From Antedon mediterranea (Eukaryota > Animalia > Echinodermata), in NCBI RefSeq assembly GCF_964355755.1, contig NC_092677.1, positions 3,184,101-3,248,100 of the forward strand: a stretch of 64,000 nucleotides of DNA, given 5' to 3'. A program made the position numbers and the translations under genes. Below the pieces are notes generated by a model. The model made no database searches and had not been told where the DNA came from. It saw nothing but the letters and a program-made list of their open reading frames with translations. Of the stretch, positions 1-12,400 are shown in pieces (position 1 is the stretch's first letter; each line of letters opens with the position of its first letter).

Positions 1-3000
1 GACATAAATGGTTACTATACCATAATTAACATGCGCAGAGTCGATTAATGGGTTCTGCGCATGTCAATTTTGCTACAGTAACCACTTTTGACATAAATGG
101 TTACTATAGCATAATAAACATGCGCAGAGTCGAATAATGGGTTCTGCGCATGTGAATTGTGCTATAGTTACCAGTTTTATCGAAAAATAAAAAGGTCGAA
201 AATTAGTAAAATTTTTTTAAAAATCCCTGTACTATAGTACAGGGAAATTTTCAAAAAATGGTCGATTTTACACCCTTTTATTTTCTGACATAAATGGTTA
301 CTATAGCATAATATACATGCGCAGAGTCACATAATGGGTTCTGAGCATGTCAATTGTGCTATAGTAACCACTTTTGACATAAATGGTCACTATAGCAAAA
401 TAAACATGCGCATAGTCGAATAAATGGTTCTGCGCATGCCAATTGTGATATAGTAACCACTTTTGACATAAATGGTTAGTATAGCATAATAAACATGCGC
501 AGAGTCGAATAATGGGTTCTGCGCATGTGAATTGTGCTATAGTTACCAGTTTTATCGAAAAATAAAAAGGTCGAAAATTGGCAATTTTTTTGAAAAAATC
601 CCTGTACTATATATAGTACATGGAAATTTTCGAAAAAAGGTCGATTTTTTACCCTTTTATTTTCTGACATAATTGTTTACTATAGCATAATATACATGCG
701 CAGAGTCGAATAATGGGTTCTGAGCATGTCAATTGTGCTATAGTAACCACTTTTGACATAAATGGTCACTATAGCATTATAAACATGCGCAGAGTCGAAT
801 AATGGACTTTGCGCATGTCAATCGTGCTATAGTTACCAGTTTTATCGAGAAAAAAAATGGTCGAAAATTGGCAAGTTTTTGAAAAAATCCCTGTACTATA
901 GTACAGGAAAATTTTCGAAAAATGACTGATTTTGTACCCTTTTATTTTCTGACATAAATGGTTACTATACCATAATTAACATGCGCAGAGTCGATTAATG
1001 GGTTCTGCGCATGTCAATTTTTCTACAGTAACCACTTTTGACATAAATGGTTACTATAGCATAATAAACATGCGCAGAGTCGAATAATGGGTTCTGCGCA
1101 TGTGAATTGTGCTATAGTTACCAGTTTTATCGAAAAATAAAAAGGTCGAAAATTAGTAAAAATTTTTTAAAAATCCCTGTACAGGGAAATTTTCCAAAAA
1201 TGGTCGATTTTACACCCTTTTATTTTCTGACATAAATGGTTACTATAGCATAATATACATGCGCAGAGTCGAATAATGGGTTCTGAGCATGTCAATTGTG
1301 CTATAGTAACCACTTTTGACATAAATGGTCACTATAGCAAAATAAACATGCGCATAGTCGAATAAATGGTTCTGCGCATGCCAAATGTGATATAGTAACC
1401 ACTTTTGACATAAATGGTTAGTATAGCATAATAAACATGCGCAGAGTCGAATAATGGGTTCTGCGCATGTGAATTGTGCTATAGTTACCAGTTTTATCGA
1501 AAAATAAAAAGGTCGAAAATTGGCAATTTTTTTGAAAAAATCCCTGTACTATATATAGTACATGGAAATTTTCGAAAAAAGGTCGATTTTTTACCCTTTT
1601 ATTTTCTGACATAATTGGTTACTATAGCATAATATACATGCGCAGAGTCGAATAATGGGTTCTGAGCATGTCAATTGTGCTATAGTAACCACTTTTGACA
1701 TAAATGGTCACTATAGCATTATAAACATGCGCAGAGTCGAATAATGGACTTTGCGCATGTCAATCGTGCTATAGTTACCAGTTTTATCGAGAAAAAAAAT
1801 GGTCGAAAATTGGCAAGATTTTGAAAAAATCCCTGTACTATAGTACAGGGAAATTTTCGAAAAATGACTGATTTTTTACCCTTTTATTTTCTGACATAAA
1901 TGGTTACTATAGCATAATTAACATGCGCAGAGTCGATTAATGGGTTCTGCGCATGCCAATTGTGATATAGTAACCACTTTTGACATAAATGGTTAGTATA
2001 GCATAATAAACATGCGCAGAGTCGAATAATGGGTTCTGCGCATGTGAATTGTGCTATAGTTACCAGTTTTATCGAAAAATAAAAAGGTCGAAAATTGGCA
2101 ATTTTTTTGAAAAAATCCCTGTACTATATAGTACATGGAAATTTTCGAAAAAAGGTCGATTTTTTACCCTTTTATTTTCTGACATAATTGTTTACTATAG
2201 CATAATATACATGCGCAGAGTCGAATAATGGGTTCTGGGCATGTCAATTGTGCTATAGTAACCACTTTTGACATAAATGGTCACTATAGCATTATAAACA
2301 TGCGCAGAGTCGAATAATGGACTTTGCGCATGTCAATCGTGCTATAGTTACCAGTTTTATCGAGAAAAAAAATGGTCGAAAATTGGCAATTTTTTGAAAA
2401 AATCCCTGTACTATAGTACAGGGAAATTTTCGAAAAATGACTGATTTTTTACCCTTTTATTTTCTGACATAAATGGTTACTATACCATAATTAACATGCG
2501 CAGAGTCGATTAATGGGTTCTGCGCATGTCAATTTTGCTACAGTAACCACTTTTGACATAAATGGTTACTATAGCATAATAAACATGCGCAGAGTCGAAT
2601 AATGGGTTCTGCGCATGTGAATTTTGCTATAGTTACCAGTTTTATCGAAAAATAAAAAGGTCGAAAATTGGCTATTTTAAAAAAAAATCCCTATACTATA
2701 GTACAGGGAAATTTTCGAAAAATGGTCGATTTTTTACCCTTTTATTTTCTGACATAATTGGTTACTATAGCATAATATACATGCGCAGAGTCGAATAATG
2801 GGTTCTGCGCATGTCAATTGTGCTATAGCAACCAGTTTTATCCAGAAAAAAAAATGGTCGAAAATTCAAAATATTTTGAAAAAATCCCTGTACAGTACAT
2901 GGAAATTTTCGAAAAATGGCCGATTTTCGACCCTTTTATTTTTTTATATAAATGGTTACTATAGCATAATAAACAAGCGCAGAGCCGAATAATGGGTTCT

Positions 3001-5588
3001 GCGCATGTCAATTGTGCTATAGAAACCACTTTTGACATAAATTGTTACTATAGCATAATAAACATGCGCAGAGTCGAATAATGGGTTCTGCGCATGTCAA
3101 TTGTGCTATAGTAACCAGTTTTATTGAAAAATAAAAAGGTCGAAAATTGGTAATTTTTTTAAAAAATCCCTGTACTATAGTACAGGGAAATTTTCGAAAA
3201 ATGGTCGATTTTTTACCCTTTTATTTTCTGACATAAATGGTTACTATAGCATAATATACATGCTCAGAGTCGAATAATGGGTTCTGCGCATTCCAATTTT
3301 GCTATAGTAACCACTTTTGACATAAATATTTACTATAGCATAATAAACATGCGCAGAGTCGAATAATGGGTTCTGCGCATGTCAATAGTGCTATAGTTAC
3401 CAGTTTTATCGAAAAATAAAAAGGTTGAAAATTGGTAATTTTTTTAAAAAATCCCTGTACTATAGCACAGGGAAATTTTCGAAAAATGACTGATTTTTTA
3501 CCCTTTTATTTTCTGACATAAATGGTTACTATAGCATAATTAACATGCGCAGAGTCGATTAATGGGTTCTGCGCATGTCAATTTTGCTACAGTAACCACT
3601 TTTGACATAAATGGTTACTATAGCATAATAAACATGCGCAGAGTCGAATAATGGGTTTTGCGCATGTGAATTTTGCTATAGTTACCAGTTTTATCGAAAA
3701 ATAAAAAGTCGAAAATTGGCTATTTTTAAAAAAAATCCCTATACTATAGTACAGGGAAATTTTCGAAAAATGGTAGATTTTTTACCCTTTTATTTTCTGA
3801 CATAATTGGTTACTATAGCATAATATACATGCGCGGAGTCGAATAATGGGTTCTGCGCATGTCAATCGTGCTATAGCAACCAGTTTTATCCAGAAAAAAA
3901 ATGGTCGAAAATTCAAAATATTTTGAAAAAATCCCTGTACTATAGTACATGGAAATTTTCGAAAAATGGCCGATTTTCGACCCTTTTATTTTTTTATATA
4001 AATGGTTACTATAGCATAATAAACAAGCGCAGAGCCGAATAATGGGTTCTGCGCATGTCAATTGTGCTATAGTAACCACTTTTGACATAAATTGTTACTA
4101 TAGCATAATATACATGCTCAGAGTCGAATAATGGGTTCTGCGCATTCCAATTTTGCTATAGTAACCACTTTTGACATAAATATTTACTATAGCATAATAA
4201 ACATGCGCAGAGTCGAATAATGGGTTCTGCGCATGTCAATTGTGCTATAGTTACCAGTTTTATCAAAAAATAAAAAGGTCGAAAATTGGTAATTTTTAAA
4301 AAAAATCCCTGTACTATAGTACAGGGAAATTTTCGAAAATGGTCGATTTTTTACCCTTTTATTTTCTGACATAAATGGTTACTATAGCATAATTAACATG
4401 CGCAGAGTCGATTAATGGGTTCTGCGCATGTCAATTTTGCTACAGTAACCACTTTTGACATAAATGGTTACTATAGCATAATAAACATGCGCAGAGTCGA
4501 ATAATGGGTTCTGCGCATGTGAATTGTGCTATAGTTACCAGTTTTATCGAAAAATAAAAAGGTCGAAAATTGGCAATTTTTTTAAAAAATCCCTGTACTA
4601 TAGTACAGGGAAATTTTCGAAAAATGGTCGATTTTTTACCCTTTTATTTTCTGACATAAATGGTTACTATAGCATAATAAACATGCGCAGAGCCGAATAA
4701 TGGGTTCTGCGCATGTCAATTGTGCTATAGTAACCACTTTTGACATAAATTGTTACTATAGCATAATAAACATGCGCAGAGTCGAATAATGGGTTCTGCG
4801 CATGTCAATTGTGCTATAGTTACCAGTTTTATCGAAAAATAAAAAGGTCGAAAATTGGTAATTTTTTTAAAAAATCTTTGTACTATAGTACAGGGAAATT
4901 TTCGAAAAATGGTCGATTTTTTACCCATTTATTTTCTGACATAAATGGTTACTATAGCATAATTAACATGCTCAGAGTCGAATAATGGGTTTTGCGCATG
5001 CCAATTTTGCTATAGTAACCACTTTTGACATAAATATTTACTATAGCATAATAAACATGCGCAGAGTCGAATAATGGGTTCTGCGCATGTGAATTGTGCT
5101 ATAGTTACCAGTTTTATCGAAAAATAAAAAGGTCGAAAATTGGCAATTTCTTTGAAATTTTCCTGTACTATAGTACAGGGAAATTTTCGAAAAATGGTCG
5201 ATTTTTTACCCTTTTATTTTCTGACATAATTGGTTACTATAGCATAATATACATGCGCAGAGTCGAATAATGGGTTCTGAGCATGTCAATTGTGCTATAG
5301 TAAACACTTTTGACATAAATGGTTACTATAGCATAATAAACATGCGCAGAGTCGATTAATCGGTTCTGCGCATGTCAATTGTGCTATAGTAACCAGTTTT
5401 ATCGAAAAATAAAAAGGTCGAAAAGTGGTAATTTTTTGAAAAAATCCCTGGAAAATTTTCGAAAAATGACCGATTTTTTACCCTTTTATTTTCTGACATA
5501 AATGGTTACTATAGCATAATATTCATGCACAGAGTCGAATAATGGGTTCTGCGGATGCCAATTTTGCTATAGTAACCACTTTTGACAT
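1..5588. repeat. Complex satellite array: ~89-bp hairpin monomer A interspersed with ~110-bp palindromic spacer B, with higher-order structure; runs off the window start
   Basis: GACATAAATGGTTACTATAGCATAATAAACATGCGCAGAGTCGAATAATGGGTTCTGCGCATG...GCTATAGTAACCACTTTT recurs at 1, 90, 287, 376 and onward. Spacer B contains CCCTGTACTATAGTACAGGG. Identical 64-aa pseudo-ORFs at 476 and 1418 indicate a ~945-bp higher-order period. Confidence 0.97.
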
Positions 5589-7139
5589 GAAAATCAAGCA
5601 GCAGTTATAGTACTACACTTTGACATTTTTGTTAAAATGGAAACTCGACTATAATTTATAGGTACCAACTGTATTTCTGGTATTTATGAGTCCCATGACA
5701 ATACTGTATTTTGCTGTCAGATAATCATTGAATTATTATCAAAACAATCCAGGAAAGTTTTTGTTTGTAATATGATACTTGAAGTGACCTCCAGACTTGA
5801 CCTTAGCAATAAAATAAACTAAATTGAGTCTGTTTCATATCATATTCACTTCTGTAACAAAATTCACATTATAAAAAGAGAAAAGAAACGTTTAATTATA
5901 ACTCAAACACCATTTGTCTGACAGACAATTGAAGTATTTTTTGCTTTTAATTACATTTTTTCAGGTAAAATAACTATTATGTGACAATAAAATGACAAAT
6001 TCAAAAACAAATTTGAAATAAAAAATATTTTTCAGAGGGACAATATATCTTTAAATCTGTTACGTCAATAAGCGAGCAGCGTTTTTTGTAAGAAATATTT
6101 CTTGTTTACTTAACTAGTTACTATGACTCTATGACAAAAGGGCAGTCTTCAAACGGGTCAAACGCCTTCAGATCATGAATATTCATAAGGACATAATAGG
6201 TAAGTATTAAACAGTAGGTGTACGTACCTTCAAATAGGTTTCCTTAATAAAGATGTCCCCTGAATTGGGTTGGTTGCATATTAAATATACCCAGCTGATA
6301 TTTAAAGGGCTGATTCTACTCTTATTATTTATAGGCCTACTGTACAGTGGGATACAGACTTTGAAAGAGGTTCGTACGTAAAAAAGAATAGGTAAATACA
6401 TTTGTAATGAAAAATTAAAAATACATTATAAAATTACAGTATAAATGTTTAGTAGATTTACTATTCTCTGATATAAATAATGAAGACGAATGAACTTTGA
6501 CATTGATAAATGAAATAGACGCGTACTATCCGATTATTTTATGTAGTGTGACACCCGGATGCTTGTCAACTCGCAACGCGAGTGTCCTATGACAGATTTC
6601 TTATTTTTGTTTTAGGCCTACAAACCGGTTTATTGCGACAAACAGCTTTATTGCAGTAAACAAGATTAACAAGAGCTTGAGGAGGTGAGTGAGGCTAAAC
6701 TTGGATACAAAATGTCTCAATACCAAGCCGGTGTTTACGATGTAAGTACAACACTTAAAAGTTATGTTAATTTTCGTCACCAATCTCCATCTACACATAT
6801 TTTTCTTTCAAAGAAAGATCATGAAAAGTTAGCCCATTGTAACCAATAATATAGTTTACCCTACAGAGCCAATCGGTTTTCTATGGCATGATACTTTTTT
6901 AAAGAAAAATGGCACAACAATTATTATTATTATCGCATAATTGAATTAAAAAAATTAAAGAAAATGCCATATTTTCCAATTGTTCACCCTAATAGATATA
7001 GCATTTTTAAACTGATTTACTACAGTAGTCCTATGACTTTCATGTAAGATGATGATAACGCAATAATTCTTGTCATATAATAGGTCATACCAATATTTCC
7101 CCCCTAGTACTTGAACTTGAAGTTTATTATTTTGTGTTT

Positions 7140-7440
7140 CTCGAAAAAAAACCCATTTTGACTCATTTATTTTTTGACATAACTGGTTAGTATATCATAA
7201 TTGACATGCGCAGAATCATGTAACGTGTTCTGCGCATGCAAATTATAACATAGAAACCAGTTATTTCGAAAAATAGAAAGGTCAAAATTAGCCAAATTTC
7301 GACCTTGTATATATTGTATTATCATGATATATATTAATATTATAAAGCCATAGTAATTATATACTATACTAAAATAAAAGTAAAGGGAAATTTTCGAAAA
7401 ACTTCGACCCTTTTATTTCTTGACAAAACTGGTTAGTACT
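7140..7440. repeat. Diverged dispersed copy of the satellite A/B unit
   Basis: TTTGACATAACTGGTTAGTATATCATAATTGACATGCGCAGAATC...GTTCTGCGCATG...AACCAGTTATTTCGAAAAATAGAAAGGTCAAAATT aligns to the units at 1-5588. Confidence 0.8.
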
Positions 7441-7810
7441 GTATGTCATAATTGCACAATCCCTGTAGTATGGCGCGCCATACTGTAGCCTGTATTTTTT
7501 GCGGATGTGTTAGCTTTCCATAGCTATGTGCGTATCTGGTGGTTAATTGCTATGTAGATCGTGTTTATGCAAGGTTTATCCCCTGGCCGTGCGCAGCAGG
7601 CAGGGATCAGCTGTTTATTTTGATTTAGTAGGCCAACTCATAAATTGAGAATGTATCTTGGTACTTAAGGAATGCTCTCACATCGGGGTATCTACTCTTA
7701 TTAATTTTTGAACGCACAAGGTGAACGGATGACATTCATTGATACTTCAGTATGAGAGTATCCGATAGACTATTGATTTTCGTCGTTTTTTTGCAATATA
7801 AAATCAACCA

Positions 7811-8811
7811 ACAAACGAATGCGAACATGCCCAAACTTGGGTGACTTGCCACAAACGAATGCAGGCATGCACAAACTTGGGTGACTTGCCCCAAACGAAT
7901 GCAGGCATGCACAAACTTGGGTGACTTGCCCCAAACGAATGCGGGCATGCACAAACTTTGGTGACTTGCCCCAAACGAATGCAGGCATGCACAAACTTGG
8001 GTGACTTGCCCCAAACGAATGCAGGCACGCACAAACTTGGGTGACTTGCCCCAAACGAATGCGGGCATGCACAAACTTTGGTGACTTGCCCCAAACGAAT
8101 GCAGGCATGCACAAACTTGGGTGACTTGCCCCAAACGAATGCGGGCATGCACAAACTTGGGTGACTTGCCCCAAACGAATGCGGGCATGCACAAACTTGG
8201 GTGACTTGCCCCAAACAAATGCGGGCATGCACAAACTTGGGTGACTTGCCCCAAACGAATGCAGGCATGCACAAACTTGGGTGACTTGCCCCAAACGAAT
8301 GCGGGCATGCACAAACTTGGGTGACTTGCCCCAAACGAATGCGGGCATGCAAAAACTTGGGTGACTTGCCCCAAACGAATGCGGGCATGCACAAACTTGG
8401 GTGACTTTCCCCAAACGAATGCGGGCATGCACAAACTTGGGTGACTTGCCCCAAACGAATGCGGGCATGCACAAACTTGGGTGACTTTCCCCAAACGAAT
8501 GCAGGCATGCACAAACTTGGGTGACTTGCCCCAAACGAATGCGGGCATGCACAAACTTGGGTGACTTGCCCCAAACGAATGCGGGCATGCACAAACTTGG
8601 GTGACTTTCCCCAAACGAATGCGGGCATGCACAAACTTGGGTGACTTTCCCCAAACGAATGCGGGCATGCACAAACTTGGGTGACTTTCCCCAAACGAAT
8701 GCGGGCATGCACAAACTTGGGTGACTTGCCCCAAACGAATGCGGGCATGCACAAACTTGGGTGACTTTCCCCAAACGAATGCGGGCATGCACAAAATGGG
8801 TAACTTGCTCC
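7811..8811. repeat. 40-bp minisatellite, ~25 copies
   Basis: Tandem CCAAACGAATGCGGGCATGCACAAACTTGGGTGACTTGCC; accounts for the three overlapping minus-strand ORFs. Confidence 0.97.
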
Positions 8812-9423
8812 AAGTATGTAGTTATTGTATTTTCTATGCTAGGTCTCCAGTCGTATGAAACGCCACATGTGCAAAAATATTTATCTTTTTACTAATATAA
8901 TAAGTCACAACTCCGTTTGGAAACCCAGACTAGCAAAAACTTTACACGGCAAATGAAAATTCGAACGATTTTTTCGATTCAATATTTAGTGTCTCCAATT
9001 TTCCAATCTACTAATTATTAATCAAGTTACAACCCACCTAGGTACGTCAGAAGTAAGGATCCAAGCGATCGGAAACAAATCTAATTATTCAAATGCTATT
9101 ATTCATTCATGTAGCGTTGCTATTCAAAGCTCTATTAAAGGGACACGGACGCACTCGCGGTTTACTAGAGAGTGTCCCCATAATAATATGTATGTAGGCC
9201 CTACATATAATATTTTTCCCCTTAATATATCAAATAGGAGTTGGCCGAAGTGAAATATTGCCCGCTGCCTCGCTTGGTTTTCTAGCTAGGTCTCCTAAGT
9301 AGGGCCGGGGTGTCCAAAACTAAAATACAGGGATCGTCTTGTCTACATGTTTATGTAGTAAGTCTAATAAGTCGTTTCATATTTCTAATAAATTAAAATT
9401 ATGTATTTCATTACATATATTAG

Positions 9424-12400
9424 GAAGTGGATCAAGAAAATGCACAAAAGATGCCACGACCACAAATATCATCAAAAGACATTGTAGAAACAGCGTCGGA
9501 TTTGGGTTCAAACCCATTCACGGTCTCTAAATCGTTTAAAATGTTGGACGAGCCTGCTGCTGGCGGCGGTAAGTATAAAAAAAAAAAAGATTTCTTTTAA
9601 TAGAAATGTTGGACGAGCCTGCTGCTGGCGGCGGTAAGTATAAAAAAAAAAGATTTCTTTTAATAGAAATTTTAAACTCGGGGTTACCCTTTAAGATAAT
9701 AGATTTGTTTTTCTTTTTAAGCGCCTGCACCGTCCATTTTTAGTGGTGACGCCACTGGCAGAGAGACGGCGTTCAAACGGGTCAAAGATTCTGTAGGAGG
9801 ATGCCGTGAACCGCCAAAACCGGGCATGAAAATATGCATAATATGTGGAGAAAAAATGGTGTAAGTTTTTGTATACAATAACGAGTAGGAATGTGTTATG
9901 ATATAACCTCTCCTTAAAAGGACATTTCCCATGAAATGATGATTATATGGGATGAATGAGGTGGATGTCACGCCCCTCTCACTTTGTTGATTGCCTTGGT
10001 CGGTCGGAGAGCCACTTTCTTGCTAAGCCCGGTTTCAACTAGACGCAATGGTGACGTAGGTGAACGCAAGTGACCAATCGCAAGCGACAGTTCGGATGAG
10101 TATCGCGTCGTTCATTGCTGCTCAACTTTACATGTGGTTCCCGTCTAAGTGTCAACCGCGCTTAAGCGACGTGCGGCCCCATGAAATGCGGGTTTATTGC
10201 GTCGTTTTAATAGGCCAACATTTGATACAGTTGGACATATTGACTGATGTACCACCTGTAGAATTGATTTTGTAAACACTAAAAATAAATATTACAATCC
10301 ATTACAGATGGAAACATCTGGTTTTCTCAACGTGCTAACATTTCAAAAAGAGGCTTTAGGAAAATCATGGAAAATAAATTAATGTTGGTCCCTTGAATCG
10401 AGCACTTTGATTAGTGTTTGTACAGTATTTTATCTGAGTGAAATAGACTCAATTTAATTGGAACCAGAACAGGACGACGACTGTAGGCTATAATACGGAG
10501 CTTTCGTTTTGCGACGACATAAACCTACGCGTCGTTGTTGTCAAATTCACCAAAAACCGTACTGTGTCTGTCCTCCAGGAACGGAGTGCGACGCTTGCGC
10601 ACAACGGCGGTCCTCCTAGAGAAAATACGTCATCTTGGCTTTAGCGTTATCACAACTCTCTAACGATTATTACCACCTAGCGATAGAGGTAATTTCACTA
10701 ATGTGTTACCCCTTCTCCCCTCGGCTAATTAACGCGTTTACAGCCAATAACACGATGCATCTGTGACGCTTGTCAAAGAAATCACCGCCTACAGTTTCGT
10801 TCCTCCTACATCAAGTTATTATTAATCTAAGTAATCAACAATTTGTTTACGATTTCTTTGTCGTCGAAAATCCACTTACTGATGGTTTTGTCATGGTTCG
10901 GTGATTTCACAAATGTAATTATGGGCGCTGTTCATGTTGTTACCATTGTTTTTGTCAAATATATTTTTTTGTTGAAGTATTTAAAAAAAGTCCGTAACAT
11001 AAATATATTTACCTACTGTCGCGTTTAATCAGTGGCGTAACGGCTATGAGCTTCACCGGCTAAACCCAGGGGCTCCGGTGCTTTCTTGGGGCCCTCAGCA
11101 GTCTCTAGAGGAAAAACAGGCATTGAAATATGTCGGAAAAGGCTAAAGCGCCAGCGTTGGGGGCCACTTAGGTTCCAAAATAAGGGGACTCATGTCTCTA
11201 CGTTACACCACTGCTTTTAATATCATCACCGATGAAAATCTCTACTTTTCGACGATTCATTGCGATGATCGAAATATCATAGATTTCTTATTTAGGAAGA
11301 ACTTGATTGGGCGCGCCGAAGTAACCTTCAAAATCGGACGTCCATTCTATTCACGTATTTCTGCAATATCAAACGGAAACCTATTAGGCTTAAATGTACT
11401 TAGCCGATAAGCCTATGTAACCGTACATTTATATAAATGTCGTGGTTGTTAAATGTGTAAACTTTCCGAATGACGTATAGCGCGTTCCACCGCATATTCA
11501 TCGCGTCGTCTGCATTCTTTCAATTCCCACGTTTATCCATCACGAAGCTAGCAAAGAGAATTACTTAAATCTTGGATCTTAAAAGTAATCTCGGGTTAAG
11601 ATGGTCTTAATTTTGTTTACACATTTGACGGCGGTTGGAGTAGATTTTCGATTTTTTTTTCAAACTATTGCAAGAAAAATAAATCGATCTAAACGGGATA
11701 AGATTAGAACACACCTGCCGTCGGAAATGACTTGATATCGATTCGAAAATTTAAAGTAGGGCCTAAAAAAGAAAAATGTAAACAAGAGAATAATACACAA
11801 TGAAAGAGCGAGGCATAGGAAATTATAAAAGTAAACTACCGTACGTTTTATGAAAAAAACTCCTTAAGTGCGGAAAAACTAGTTAGCCTAAATCAACACT
11901 AATTGTATATACGTATGAAGTTGCTCCAGATAGAACCATTCATAAAGCAGTAATATTACAAATTCACAATGTTAACGTGCGGATTGAAACAAGTCATTTT
12001 GTTAATCTACCGCGACAACACGACGAAAATACGAACATTTTCCGTGACTGAAAATTCCCCTTTAAAATCCAATTTCACAGAAAGTAACGGTGACGGTAAA
12101 GCGTGGTTCCCACTAGCGACGCAACGCAAGGACGTAACGCAACGCAAGTGAATTGACCAATCACAAGCGATGGCTTATTCGCTTGTGATTGCTAACTGTC
12201 TATAACTTCACTTGTCATTGGTTAAAATGCTTGCGTTGCGTTTACGTCCTTGCGTTACGTTCTAGTGGGAATCAAGCTTAAGCGGAAAACGTTGTCGTCC
12301 CACGTTGAATGTGTATCTATCCTCACAACCATCCGTCCGCTCCGCGCGTTTGTGTAAATTGGCATTTACAACGCTATCCCAGGATGCCGAGCGGGAGGCG

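Noticed and set aside
6118-6745. Exon-like stretches (FKRVK match to the LIM gene, GTAAGT donors, a QLYCSK motif)
   Set aside because: In-frame stops and no consistent phase chain. The 15-nt match could be chance; at most these are UTR exons or a relic.
1-8811. CRISPR-like appearance of the palindromic repeats
   Set aside because: There are no unique spacers and no cas genes, and the context is eukaryotic.
7736-8813. Three Cys/His-rich ORFs of 316-352 aa
   Set aside because: A stop-free 40-bp tandem repeat read in rotating frames; no splice or domain support.
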